Assembly (NCBI GenBank): GCA_020184695.1 | Contig: JAANOX010000080.1 | Location: 248,001-312,000, forward strand | Source: Histomonas meleagridis 2922-C6/04-290x | Taxonomy: Eukaryota > Protista > Parabasalia | Direction of reading: 5' to 3' | Length of the DNA: 64,000 bases | Part shown: one piece after another, positions 42,931-54,491 of the stretch | Position numbering within the stretch: the stretch's first letter is position 1 | Layout: every line of letters begins with the position of its first letter | The notes under the pieces: generated by a model | Seen by the model: only the letters and a program-made list of their open reading frames with translations | The model's database searches: none | Told to the model about the DNA's origin: nothing | Position numbers and translations under genes: made by a program

Positions 42931-44040
42931 AAACAGAAGAAGATGACAAGGTCAAAGGTAAAACTTTTACCTCTATTCAAAAAGTCGATAATTGAATGTC
43001 AAATTTTCAATGAAAGTATCGAACTATTATTGAAAAAAATGCCATCTCCCCAAAAAAATGCCAACACAATGTTTAACGGTGGAATATTCCAAAAAATCGG
43101 TACCCTCCGATAGGGTACCCAGTACTGGGAAATTTCCTAATTTTATTCCATCCACAACCCAATTTTATTCTTTATATCCTACATTATATTGTTATTATAG
43201 CAATGATTCGGCCCTTTACTAATTTTACTGGAACAAATATTAAGGCATAAAAATAAATTTTCTTGTTAATATCTTGTGTGAGTGAATGTTTTTTTCATTT
43301 GAGTATATGTTGGTAATTAGTATAAGCAGTTGTTCGATTTTTTTGAATTGTTTTCAGAATTTTTATAACAAAAAGCAATCATTTATAAGAAACCATATTC
43401 ATGCAGGCATTCATTATATTATTTAAAAGTGCCTTTGAATAGTTTTGTTTTTTTATAGTTTTATTGTTTCGTTTAAATATCGAGGGAAAGATTCAATGGT
43501 CAAATTGAAAAATTTCAAGAAAACAAGGTTTTTATCTTTTAACGGTGTGAATTTTGACTTTTGTGTTGGCCGATGTGTATTTGATGAAGTTCTTCAATTT
43601 ATGCTCATTTTACAGCATTCAAAGCAATTTATAACTCAATCTAAGCTTAAATATCAATTTTTCAAACACTTCAAATTTTTACATATTCCAAAAAGCAGAA
43701 GCAAAGAAGAGCTTGCTGATACACGCAAAGCGAAAGTTTCAATTTTCGAAATCATTGTCAATATTTTTTTAATTTTTTGTAATTTTTCTACAGAGTTCAC
43801 TATATGCCATTTAGATGTAAAATTCATCTCTAACAATATGTATGCGGTTTCAATGATCCATGTTTTAGCCCTCAAGCGAAAACTGTTAGAATCAGATATT
43901 TCATACTCTCGAAAAAAAAACACATTGAAAACATTACATTTGATCAAAAAACCTTTGGATACACATTTTGATGCACGAATTGTATTCAATTAGCAGTTTA
44001 TATCAAATTTCTTCAGAAAAATTCAACGTTGCGAATTCAC

Positions 44041-44050
<10 letters not shown>

Positions 44051-44072
<22 letters not shown>
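44051..44072. repeat. (TA)11 microsatellite
   Basis: Directly visible TA dinucleotide run. Confidence 0.9.
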
Positions 44073-44099
44073 CTCATATCAGATAATTTTCAATAAAAA

Positions 44100-45116
44100 T
44101 TTTACAAATAATTATACAAATATAATTGAAAATATGATTCTTGGTGAAAATATTCCTCGAATTCCGGGTAACGAATTTATTGAATAGTCATTCGTTGTTT
44201 GTGTTAATTTCAGTAATTCAGTAACAAACATTGCATTATCAGCATTTTCAAATTGTTATAATTTGACATTTTTTCCAATTTCTGCAGGGTTAACAAGTTA
44301 TGGAGAGAAGGCATTTTCACATTGTATATCAATAACAAATACCACAATTCCAAATTCAGTAGAAAACATCGGATCCTCTGCATTCTCATGTTGTTATGGG
44401 TTAAAGATATTAACACTGTATACTTGGTACAGGATTAAGCACTATTGCAAATGGTGCATTTTCGCATTGTTATAATCTTCAATGTATTTATTATTACGGT
44501 ATTTCACAACAATCGACTGGAGAAAGTGCATTTTCTTCAGTTAACGCAACAGCTCTTACATATCCATCATATAACGATGAAAGATTTGGTCCATTTACAG
44601 TGAGTAATTATGAAGGAGGAGCTTGTGTACCATTATCATTCACTAAATCGAACACTTTCATGAGATCGATATATTAATTAAATCGAAAACATTCACTAAA
44701 ACAAATATATTTATAAATACACTTCAAAGTGATTTAACTTTATCTTTTTCTTTAGTATCATTAATGATCGTATACTCATTTGCCATTTATGAAACACAAA
44801 CGAAATCATTTTCTTTGTTTATATGTAATTCAACATTTTCATATATTGAAACAACATTTTATGGTTACACAATTGTTATTTACTCGACGTATTATAATTA
44901 TTATTCAAATTTTTACACATATATAAGTTATAGTATAAAAGAATCATCGAATGGAATTGCAACTCCAGCTTTATTATAATTTGTGGATCAATTGCATTTG
45001 TTTTGATAATTATTGGAATTGTAATATTTTTAGTTAAATATAACAATAAAAAAGATAAAACTACTCCAAAATTGCATTTCAAAGATTCAACAACATCAAG
45101 TGCAAAACAAAAATGA
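44100..45116 (+). pseudogene. Decayed BspA-like (TpLRR) surface protein gene
   Basis: LRR fragments VTNIALSAFSNCYNL, GEKAFSHCISITNTTIPNSVENIGSSAFSCC and IANGAFSHCYNL, a Ser/Thr stalk and the TM segment IIICGSIAFVLIIIGIVIFLV, broken by several stops and frameshifts. Confidence 0.75.
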
Positions 45117-46129
45117 AAATTTTTTAGTTACAGATATTGTTAAAGAAGATATTTGGTTATAATGCAAATATATAATAAAAATTATTTTGATTTTGATATA
45201 AGATAAAAATTTGAAATACGTTTATCTGCGATTTGGTAATTTTTTAGTAATCAATGGATTCTACAAAAAGATTGGATTATGATAACACTTTAATGCCACC
45301 GGATCTACTTTTAACCTCAGTTGAGATAGTTGCATCCTTATGCTAAGAATAATTTAAGAAGCTTTTGCTATCTCGACACAACCGAATCACAGAAATCATA
45401 ATTTACAGATCACTTACTGTAGGGAACATCACCGCACAAACAGTTGTAATAATTTTATACAATCCTCTCTCCAAATTTGGAGAAAATGGTTCTAAATTAA
45501 CCTTACACACGTCCAGAGCATAATCAAACTACAGAATTGGATTAGGTTGGATAACATTTTTGTTGTATATAAAAATTTTGTTCATTTTTATGAGCGCAAT
45601 CCCAATGGTCGATATGTTTCGGGATTCACTTCTTCCAAACTCCTTTGGAATGATGAGGAATCTCCTAAAAATTTTGATACAAGGAAGCGAAGTCATAAAT
45701 TTGCAAGCGACACATGGGAGCGATGTTACATCATCTGCTGATTGCGTCATAGCAAAGAACTTATACAGAAGTTAACCTCATTGAACATGCCTCAATCACC
45801 CACTGAGTGATAAAACAAAACTTTTTGGATAATTTAAGTAAGTTAGTTGTCATTATTTTATGAAATCTCTTGCATTAGTATTAAAATACATTCGTTAACT
45901 GCTTCGCGCGTTTGAGGTTCATGTTAATGCTCCAACAACTTCTGGTAAGAGGCTATTGTGCAATTAATCATAATTTATTTGTAATAATGTTAACATTAAT
46001 GATAATCGAGAACGTAATATCGGCGGTGATTGAGCTTGTTGTAGTATTAAGTGATGCAGTTGTAACTGAAATATTTTGGGATGCTTAAAACATAAAAACA
46101 AATTTGAAAGATATTAAATATCATTATGT

Positions 46130-47060
46130 TGAAGAAGTAATTACCGTTTTTATATGCATAAAAAAGTTCAGTTCGAAACTAATGAAATGATTTCCAAACA
46201 TCAAATCACTAATTTAACTATTTCTACGTGTTTACAATTTTCATTCCTTCATCATTTAAAAATAAAAATATTTCATAATTAAAATATTGGATACATAAAA
46301 TCCCCAAAATTTTTTTTATCATTAATTTCTTCGATTTTGTTCTCATAAAAATATTTAAAGACATCATTCTGATGGAAATGTATAGCGATTTCAGATGGAC
46401 TTCTAAATGGTGAATTGTTTCGTCCACACATAGTTTCCTCCAGCTATAGCATAATTACCTGTCTAAAACATTTAAAATGCGGCATATTATATCATTTTTT
46501 CCATTAATAAATGAAAATTGTTCATATATCGATTAATAAATTGAGCAAAATCAAAATTACTTTGTGTTGTAATCTCTTGAAGATTTTCGATTTCATCATT
46601 TCGAATTATTTGAGCAATTTCATTTGGATTTATACCAATTAGTCCAATCATTCTTTGAGAGTTCTTTGTTGTTATATTGGAAGAAGTCATAAGAATGGAA
46701 TTTGTGGATTCGATTTCGTTTTGGCTAAAATATTGTCCCGAATATAATGTACGAGCTAATTGCAATTAGGTTTAATGTATATAATATGATTCTTGACTTT
46801 TGATTTATGATATTGTAATTTGAACATCTTCATTCTTGTCAATCATTTGCATAAAGCATAAATATATATCAAAGTCTTTTTTCCGTGATAAAAATGTGAA
46901 ATATGTTAATTGGCATATATGAATGCTGGAAATTAGCAACATAAAATTTCATCACCTATTCAATAGACGCATTTAAATTGTCTTCGCTTAATTCAAAGAG
47001 AACTTGTTCAATGGTTATTAACTTCGCTGAGTTTTCTTGTATTCCCTTCCCCCACAAAAT
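46130..47060 (-). pseudogene. Decayed DUF3447 gene
   Basis: Fragments TIEQVLFELSEDNLNASIE*, KSQESYY, GINPNEIAQIIRNDEIENLQEI and NYAIAGGN are homologous to the genes at 6339-7991 and 24603, with many stops and indels. Boundaries are approximate. Confidence 0.7.
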
Positions 47061-47164
47061 GACAAATTATTTCAGATTTCACTTCATGCTTTATCGTCGA
47101 GTTTCAAAAAGTCAAATTTCAATGCTTATGACATATCGGCATTTTATGTTGTCAAAATTTCTGA

Positions 47165-48412
47165 TCACGACACCTGTAAATACTGGGAAATCCCATTTTT
47201 AGGAGCAATGATTTTACTTTGCCCAGGTATTATTGTGCCGCTTTTAGACGAACTTCTTTTCTTTCCTTTCTTGTTTTTCTGTGTGTTAATATATTGCTGA
47301 TATTTTATTGATACTCCATCCAACAAAATATGAAATGGACAATAATTCATTTCGGGTATTCCATTAACTTCGTTTTTATCTAAAATCGGATTACATTTTC
47401 TTAACCAAAATTGTGCAAGTGATTTCGATATTGTCGGAAATAATGAGAGGATGTACTCATGCAACGATTCGCTTTCTTTTAGGAACGTTTGGTTTGTATC
47501 AATCATTGACACTACAAAAGATAATACGCTTTGGATATCATAGAACTTTCGATATTTAATATTTGAAAGTCCGATAAATATTTCGGCATTTTGATCGTTT
47601 CCATATGTAAAGAGATATACATTTTCATATACAATTGATGCTTCTGCAACTTTTGATGTATTAATGTTTTGTATTATTATTCCATTTCGATGATTGATTT
47701 CAAAATCGGCAGAATTCAAATTCCGAATTATAACTCTGCAATCTCTAAATATCGTTCTAAATTGTGGAATGTTAATCACTGATTCATCAACAATGATTCC
47801 TGGCTTTTGATTCGTATCATTTGTGTCTTCAATGTTTTTGATTTTCAGAATTTCTTTTTCTTTTTTAACTTTAGTTTTCTTAATTTTATCATTCGATTCT
47901 TTATATTTTAAGTCTGGTAATTGAAAACTTTCGTCTTCTTTTGTCTTCAAACAAAAATCATTTAAATTTGTTGACGAAAAAAGATCATTAGTATCATTTG
48001 GAATTATCATTTCTTCAATTGGATGTGGAAATGATTGTTTATCTGCTGATTTTTCATTGAGCTTTATTCGATTATATTCTTCATTATAAGAAGTTGTACA
48101 AAATTTTAATGGATAATTTTCTTGAATTTGGTTTTTCTCATTACTCTTTCCTGAAATTTGAATCAATTCTTCTATTTCATTAAGATATGGAAATGCCATA
48201 TCTTTTAATGCATTGTCATCATGATCATAATAAATAAATATTTCTGTTTGTGGTATAAATTGAAATTCTAAATGAATTGGTTCAATTTCTTCAAGATCAT
48301 TTTCAAATTGATCATAAAAATTTCCCTGCTCAATCAAATCTAAATTAACATCTAAAAGTGTGTCCTTAACAGATATCACAGGGCTACCAAAGTGCATTGT
48401 ATGAAAGTTCAT
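47165..48412 (-). CDS. Hypothetical protein (415 aa)
   Basis: Clean ORF, no family recognised. Confidence 0.7.
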   Translation of the reverse strand: MNFHTMHFGSPVISVKDTLLDVNLDLIEQGNFYDQFENDLEEIEPIHLEFQFIPQTEIFIYYDHDDNALKDMAFPYLNEIEELIQISGKSNEKNQIQENYPLKFCTTSYNEEYNRIKLNEKSADKQSFPHPIEEMIIPNDTNDLFSSTNLNDFCLKTKEDESFQLPDLKYKESNDKIKKTKVKKEKEILKIKNIEDTNDTNQKPGIIVDESVINIPQFRTIFRDCRVIIRNLNSADFEINHRNGIIIQNINTSKVAEASIVYENVYLFTYGNDQNAEIFIGLSNIKYRKFYDIQSVLSFVVSMIDTNQTFLKESESLHEYILSLFPTISKSLAQFWLRKCNPILDKNEVNGIPEMNYCPFHILLDGVSIKYQQYINTQKNKKGKKRSSSKSGTIIPGQSKIIAPKNGISQYLQVS

Positions 48413-48503
48413 ATAAAATTTTGTTTAAACATCAAAAAATTTGATGTCTTTGGGGTGTCCCGGAATATTTTGAATACTTTACATAACCTCCTTCTTCAGT
48501 AAA

Positions 48504-49679
48504 ATGGAAAAATGCATTTCACATCTTTTTGAATTAGTATCAGAATATGAAAACTTAATAGTCCGGATTACACAATCGCCTAAAACAGAAGAACCAATTG
48601 ATGCACTTAAAAAAGAAGCAATTCATATTGAAGGTCAAATTTCTCAAGGAATTGAAAATCTAAGACACCAAATTCATATTGATGATCGAATTCCATCTGA
48701 AGAACGTGAAAACCAACTAAATGCAATATTAAATGAAAATGGAATTAATTTAAGTCAACTTAAAATTCGTCGACGTGCTGCAATCGACCAAGTAAATAAA
48801 GAACTTGCGGAAATGAAAGTGCAAGAAAGTATTGAAGCGCGCCAAAGACTATTAGGTGATGCAACAAAAGATGAAATTCGTCGTACAATCAATTTGAAGA
48901 ACCAAAATACGCTTGCGGTTGCTACAGATGCAACTGCACGTCTCGAGCGAACGAGAAATATCATCAAAGCTCAAGTACAAGAAAGTCAGCAAAGTATTGA
49001 ATTAATGAGAGAATCAACACAATTTTTAGAAGGAATCAACGACGCCACATCCAAAGTCGAATCTGCGCAGAACAAAGCATCTCGTTCATTAGCACGACTT
49101 CGAGTCTCACAGAATTTTGACAAATATTTTTTGAAATTTTCGATTTTTGTTTTTATCTGCTCTGTGATATTCGTCGTCATTTCGAACATTCGACACAACG
49201 TAATCGTCGACGTTTTCACTTATGGATATCGAAAGCTGAAGAGGAAAGACGACAAAACTCTCACGCCAACGCCTACGCAGCAAATGCCGTCCCTGACACC
49301 AACGCCAACGCACACGCAAACGCAAACAGAGACTCCAAAAAATGCGCCAACACAAGAGCAGACAGAGCAAACGGAAGCACACAAAGACACAGAGCCATCA
49401 TATGAACTAAAGCACGAGCAGACAGAGCAAACGGAAGCGCATAAAGACACAGAGCCATCAGATGCGGCAACGCCACTGCATGCGACTACAGAAGTGGTAA
49501 CGCAAGCAGAGCCATCAAATGAACAGATAGAAGCTGAGCCATTAGATGCGACAACACAAGAGCAGATGAAAACGCCAACTGAAGCAGATGCAAAACTTCA
49601 GACAGAGCGTTCGAGCGAAGAAGCGGAAACAGTGGAAACAGAACCATTTGAAGCAAACGAACTCAATAAAGAACTATGA
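48504..49679 (+). CDS. SEC20: Sec20/BNIP1-like Qb-SNARE with a long luminal Thr/Glu-rich tail
   Basis: ATDATARLERTRNIIKAQVQESQQSIELMREST...ASRSLARL..QNFDKYFLKFSIFVFICSVIFVV matches the Sec20 SNARE plus TM layout. The C-terminus is NKEL. Confidence 0.7.
   Translation: MEKCISHLFELVSEYENLIVRITQSPKTEEPIDALKKEAIHIEGQISQGIENLRHQIHIDDRIPSEERENQLNAILNENGINLSQLKIRRRAAIDQVNKELAEMKVQESIEARQRLLGDATKDEIRRTINLKNQNTLAVATDATARLERTRNIIKAQVQESQQSIELMRESTQFLEGINDATSKVESAQNKASRSLARLRVSQNFDKYFLKFSIFVFICSVIFVVISNIRHNVIVDVFTYGYRKLKRKDDKTLTPTPTQQMPSLTPTPTHTQTQTETPKNAPTQEQTEQTEAHKDTEPSYELKHEQTEQTEAHKDTEPSDAATPLHATTEVVTQAEPSNEQIEAEPLDATTQEQMKTPTEADAKLQTERSSEEAETVETEPFEANELNKEL
49356..49460 (+). repeat. Two near-identical 45-nt units (EQTEQTEAHKDTEPS), period 60 nt
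   Basis: Direct repeat at 49356-49400 and 49416-49460. Confidence 0.85.
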
Positions 49680-49872
49680 TCTATTAAATGTATTTCATCT
49701 AAATTGTGTGCGTGAATCCAAATTTTTGTACTTTTCGTTGGAGCTGTGAATTACACATTTTAAGATTAAGAAAGGTTTTAACCAACGATAGAATTAAATG
49801 AATGAAAAATCATCGTGATGATATTCAAATCTTGTGGGCAAAGTACGTTTAAAATATTTTGACCATATAGAA

Positions 49873-50364
49873 ATGCAGGATAACACTTTAAGAGAAATCC
49901 ATAAGTCAGCAATATGGACAGTGTCTACCACAAAGAGTGGGTATAACATATCAGCAATGTTTGATAATAAAACAGATACTTTTTGGCAATCTGATGCTAC
50001 TCCTCCTCATTGGATATGTGCACAATTTTCAAAAAGGACATATATATCGAAGCTTTCATTATATCTTTCAATTCAACAAGATGAAACATATACACCAACT
50101 GAAATAGTCATTAATACTGGAAATGACCCAATAAATCTAACTGAACTTAAAACAGTCAAACCAACCCAACTTAGAGGATGGGTAGATATTGACATTAATG
50201 TTTCAGCAATATTCTTCCAGATATCTCTGACAAAGAATCATCAAGGAGGTCGTGACTCAAGAATAAGACTAATTAAACTCTATGGAGCACCGTTTTCTCC
50301 TTGTATTGATCCAAATGTATACTTTAAATCTCCTGAAATATCAAAATATTTATCAATACGGTAA
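49873..50364 (+). CDS. APC10: Anaphase-promoting complex subunit 10 (DOC domain)
   Basis: LREIHKSAIWTVST, FWQSDATPPH, DETYTP, LRGWV and NHQGGRDSRIR. First ATG is at 49873. Confidence 0.9.
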   Translation: MQDNTLREIHKSAIWTVSTTKSGYNISAMFDNKTDTFWQSDATPPHWICAQFSKRTYISKLSLYLSIQQDETYTPTEIVINTGNDPINLTELKTVKPTQLRGWVDIDINVSAIFFQISLTKNHQGGRDSRIRLIKLYGAPFSPCIDPNVYFKSPEISKYLSIR

Positions 50365-50594
50365 TATATTATTTAATAAATTTTTCTTGTTTTCATCACA
50401 AAATAATTTTTTTAAGCTTAAACGCTAGTGTTACAACTTGTTATTTCCATCTGAAATTAATAAATTTCAAATTTCATTTTAATAAATTGATGAACCTATT
50501 TAAGGAAAGAAAAATAACATTAAGTTTGTATAACAAATATGAAGAAATAGTTATTCATTAAAAGAAATTTTAAAATTTATTTGGCCAATTATAA

Positions 50595-51020
50595 ATGCCA
50601 CTTTTTATTATTAAAATGAACATATTTTGGGTGTTAGCTCTTGCCATTACTTTATTATGTCTATCACTTCTAATCCTTATCTTCATATCATTCCTTGTTC
50701 CACGTATAGGCATTAACATAGCCAACAAAATTGCTCAGATCGTTTATAGATTTAAGATTCAAATTATGGTGACTTCTTGTGTTTTCATTCTTCTTTTTGC
50801 ACAAGAATTATCTGTATGTAGGATGACAAGTAAGAAACGTAATAATGATCATTCACAAGGCGATGTTTTCTTTTTCGAAGCAAGTCAACTATTCAAAGCG
50901 CAAAGAAACCTTTACATTGTTGTTTTTGGCATCACAGTACAGTTTGGTCTTCTCATTGTTTCATGGCAAATAAATTCATGGGTCAAACGTAACAATGGTC
51001 TCAGAGAAAAGAAAAATTAA
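50595..51020 (+). CDS. BAP29/BAP31-family ER membrane protein (TM region only)
   Basis: Three hydrophobic segments and FKAQRNLYI (family motif FRAQRNLYI). Confidence 0.75.
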   Translation: MPLFIIKMNIFWVLALAITLLCLSLLILIFISFLVPRIGINIANKIAQIVYRFKIQIMVTSCVFILLFAQELSVCRMTSKKRNNDHSQGDVFFFEASQLFKAQRNLYIVVFGITVQFGLLIVSWQINSWVKRNNGLREKKN

Positions 51021-51128
51021 TAAAAATTTTTGTTTTGAACGTTAAATAACCGTAAATTTTGATCGTTGTGCATCAAAACTTCGAAATGAAGCAACAATAG
51101 TTACTGTTTATTCGAGTTGTTTAATTTT

Positions 51129-52049
51129 TCACATGAAGTACTCGACTCTAGTCTTGTTTGGAATAGGCCCTCTTGCATCTGGTGGAGCTGCTTCAAACAT
51201 CTTCCATTTGGTTGAACAATCAGGACTAACTTCAAGGATTGAAGCAGGATTACCACCTCTATAACAATAGTTAGGTGCTGACCAAACAGTGAATAATTTT
51301 CGATTAAACCATTCGACATATCCTTCTTCAGCAAGTTGATGAGCTCTTAAAATCAAATCTAACTTATTGTTACGATTAAATTGACGAACAGCATTATCAC
51401 CAAATAAGTAACCAGCTCCACGAGGACTGATTGTAAAACTTGGAACATTATCAGGATCAGACCATAAAAGATCACAAATTGGACCTCTTTCAGGTATTTC
51501 CTTCTTACGATCCAACCTTTGGATTTGGTCAACTGATGTTAATAAAGGAGATAAGCCACCATGGACGCAAAAGATCTTGCCACCGATTACTGCGCATAAA
51601 GGTAAGAGATCGAATACCTTGTTAAACAAATCCCATACGGTTGAATCATTGTACTTTCGAATAACTTCATCATAAAATCCATATGCTTGAGTTGTTTGAC
51701 GTGACTCATGGTTACCTCTTAGAAGGGTTATACGGTTTGGATATCTTACCTTGAGCGAAAGCAACAAAAGGAAAGTTTCAACGCTGTAATAACCACGATC
51801 GACATAATCTCCCAAAAATAGATAGTTAGTATCTGGACATTGACCACCAATTGCGAATAGTTCCAAGAGGTCAAAGAATTGTCCATGGGTATCACCGCAA
51901 ACTGTTAAAGGTGGGGAAACACTAACAACATTTGGAAGCTTTGAAAGTACTTCTATTGCCTTTTCACAAAGCTGCCTTACCTGTGTGACAGTGGGATATT
52001 TAGCTTGGCGTAATAATGAGATGATTGAATCAAGCTCCAAAACGTCCAT
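51129..52049 (-). CDS. PP2A/PP4/PP6-class phosphatase catalytic subunit, closest to PP4
   Basis: CGDTHGQFFDLLELF, GDYVDRGYYSVETF, RGNHESRQTTQAYGFYDE and TVWSAPNYCYR. The likely ATG is at 52049. Confidence 0.92.
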   Translation of the reverse strand: MDVLELDSIISLLRQAKYPTVTQVRQLCEKAIEVLSKLPNVVSVSPPLTVCGDTHGQFFDLLELFAIGGQCPDTNYLFLGDYVDRGYYSVETFLLLLSLKVRYPNRITLLRGNHESRQTTQAYGFYDEVIRKYNDSTVWDLFNKVFDLLPLCAVIGGKIFCVHGGLSPLLTSVDQIQRLDRKKEIPERGPICDLLWSDPDNVPSFTISPRGAGYLFGDNAVRQFNRNNKLDLILRAHQLAEEGYVEWFNRKLFTVWSAPNYCYRGGNPASILEVSPDCSTKWKMFEAAPPDARGPIPNKTRVEYFM

Positions 52050-52775
52050 TTGGAATAATTGTGATAATTTAATTGAATTAATAACTGGCTTATTTGAGTC
52101 ACTTTTCACTTTTATAACCGCCGGTTTTGTATTTTTTAAACAATTTTTCGAATAAAAGTGACATATAAATATTCTGTGTAAACTTATGAATAAATATTTG
52201 ACCTGTAATTATAATTATAAACTGGATTTCGGTGAATATCAATTTTTTTAAAAGAAAAATATATCACACATTTCGACTTTATGAATGCAATAGAATGGCT
52301 TTAATAAATTGTAAAGCAATAGAAAAAGGAAAATAATTGAAATTGAATTGTTCATTCTTTATAAGATAAGATAACTTATTATTAATATATCCTTAAATTA
52401 TTCTGATGAGATCTTTGTTATCGAAGTATGTATGCGGTTAATGTATTAACAAAATTCATTAATAAGATGTATTTGATCATAATGATAACAAATAACAAAA
52501 AAATGTATCAATATATTATTTTTCGAATGTATAATGATTCATTATCCCAAATAATTTTATTGCAAGTTTATCAATACATGTAAAAAAACTATACACAATA
52601 CCGAATCCATTTTCAAAATAATATATCATGCATTGATTAGTTTCTGTTCGATAATACAAAAAAATTTTAGAAAAGTCCATCATGAATTAAGTATAAATTT
52701 AAAAAAATTCATTTGAAATCACAAAAATTCGAAATATAACAAAATATTTTATTCAACAATTTATGATGTTGTATC

Positions 52776-54430
52776 TTAAATCCATTGATCATTTTCTTGT
52801 TGAAGAATATCTTTCATCTGCTTTATGTCATATGTTTCTTCTTCTTTTTGTTCAATTCCACCTGTTTTATATATTTTATCACAGCTTTCATAACTTTTAT
52901 TTTTGTTTCGAACAAGAAAAACAATAATAAGCACAAAAATAACACTACAACAAATAATTCCAATCAATGCAGTACTATTAAGGCATTCATTTCGTTATTA
53001 TCATCAGCTTGAAAATAAATAATAATTGATGAATCGTATGAAATATGTGTTGAATATATAACATTGATATATTCATATTGTATAAAGTCTGTGAAATTTT
53101 TATCGGTTTGTGAAAGAATGACTGTTTGCGAAAGATATTTACTCATTGAAATTGTTTCTGTGAACATTAATGAATATGTTAATATGTTTGAATAAGTATA
53201 ATTCTTATTTGAATTATTTGGTCTATTTCTGTTTGTGCATGTGAATATGTTTGTGTTTCTATTTCTGAATGTGAAAGTGTTAGTGATAGAATGTATGATT
53301 CTGATAATGTTGGTGAAATTATTACTGTTAATGTTAATGATGAAACAATTGTATTCGTTCCAATTAATGTTTGCGATGCTAATTCAGTGAATGATTGCTT
53401 AAATGTTTGGGTTGATATTTCAGAATTTGATTTTGTTAATATTTGTGTTAGTGACTTTATTGAAGTTGGGATATATATCATTTATGAAGTTAATAATTTT
53501 ATATTTGTTGATGTATGTGATGAATTGTTTTGACTATTAATGTGATTGTATATTTAGGTACTCTTGAAGATGTATCAGTTATCACACGTGTATACGTTTG
53601 AGATGTATGATATGTAAATGTCATTTCCATTTTGTTATTTTTCACAAGTGTAAGTGTATATGTAAATATCGATGTATATGTGATTGAGAGATATATGATG
53701 AGATTACTGTATTTTTATATGTTAAAGAATTCGTATGTGTCTTTGTCGCAACATATGTTTCTATGGATGTCTGTGTCATTGTGTTAACTGATGTATATGA
53801 TATCGTTGATGTTTGCGTGTCGACACGTATGAATCTGTATATGCATTTGTTAAATAATATGAAATTGTCATTGAAGCCGATGATGTAATTGACTTTGTAT
53901 TAATGAATGTTAAAGTTGTTGTGCTATAATATGTTAATGTATTTGAATCAATTCTAATGATTTTCTTAATATCAATGTAACTTTGAATATTGGAAATCGA
54001 TGATGTAAATGAAGATGTTGCTACAATTTGTTTATCTTGTATTACATGTAAAAAGTGTTGGCGAATATTTGAACGGATTTGATTTTGAATTAAATTTTAA
54101 ATTATTTCTCAAATCACAATTTAATCTACTTCAATTACTAAAACAATAATCTCCACATATAACAAAATTAGATTTAATAATAACATTATGTAAACATTAA
54201 CATGATGAAAACGAATATTTGCCAATAGATTCAATGTTTTCATCGATTATGACGTTGATTAAATTCGAACAAAAAGAAAATGCATAATCCCCAATTGAAA
54301 CAACATTTGAAACATTTACTTCGATGAGTGAATTCCAGTATGTAAATTCATTATTTTCATTTAATGAAGAAACATTTCTGAATTCAATAATAAGTAACGA
54401 TATATATATTAAATTAAAAACATTTCATAT
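52776..54430 (-). pseudogene. Decayed BspA-like surface protein gene
   Basis: LRR fragment SNVVSIGDYAFSFCSNLINVIIDENIESIGKYSFSSC*, a long Ser/Thr stalk in broken frames, TM segment IGIICCSVIFVLIIVFLV and a short tail ending NDQWI*. Confidence 0.75.
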
Positions 54431-54491
54431 TATTTTAGTTTTTATTTATTCAATAACACCATATTCAAAATTTGTTCTTTATTAACATCAA

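Noticed and set aside
43440-43995. Overlapping 182-aa (+) and 111-aa (-) ORFs
   Set aside because: Both have non-ATG or weak starts and no recognisable motif. This may be decayed mobile DNA, but I cannot support that.
45230-46080. Slightly GC-richer segment with 64-73 aa ORFs in several frames
   Set aside because: No recognisable domain or RNA structure.
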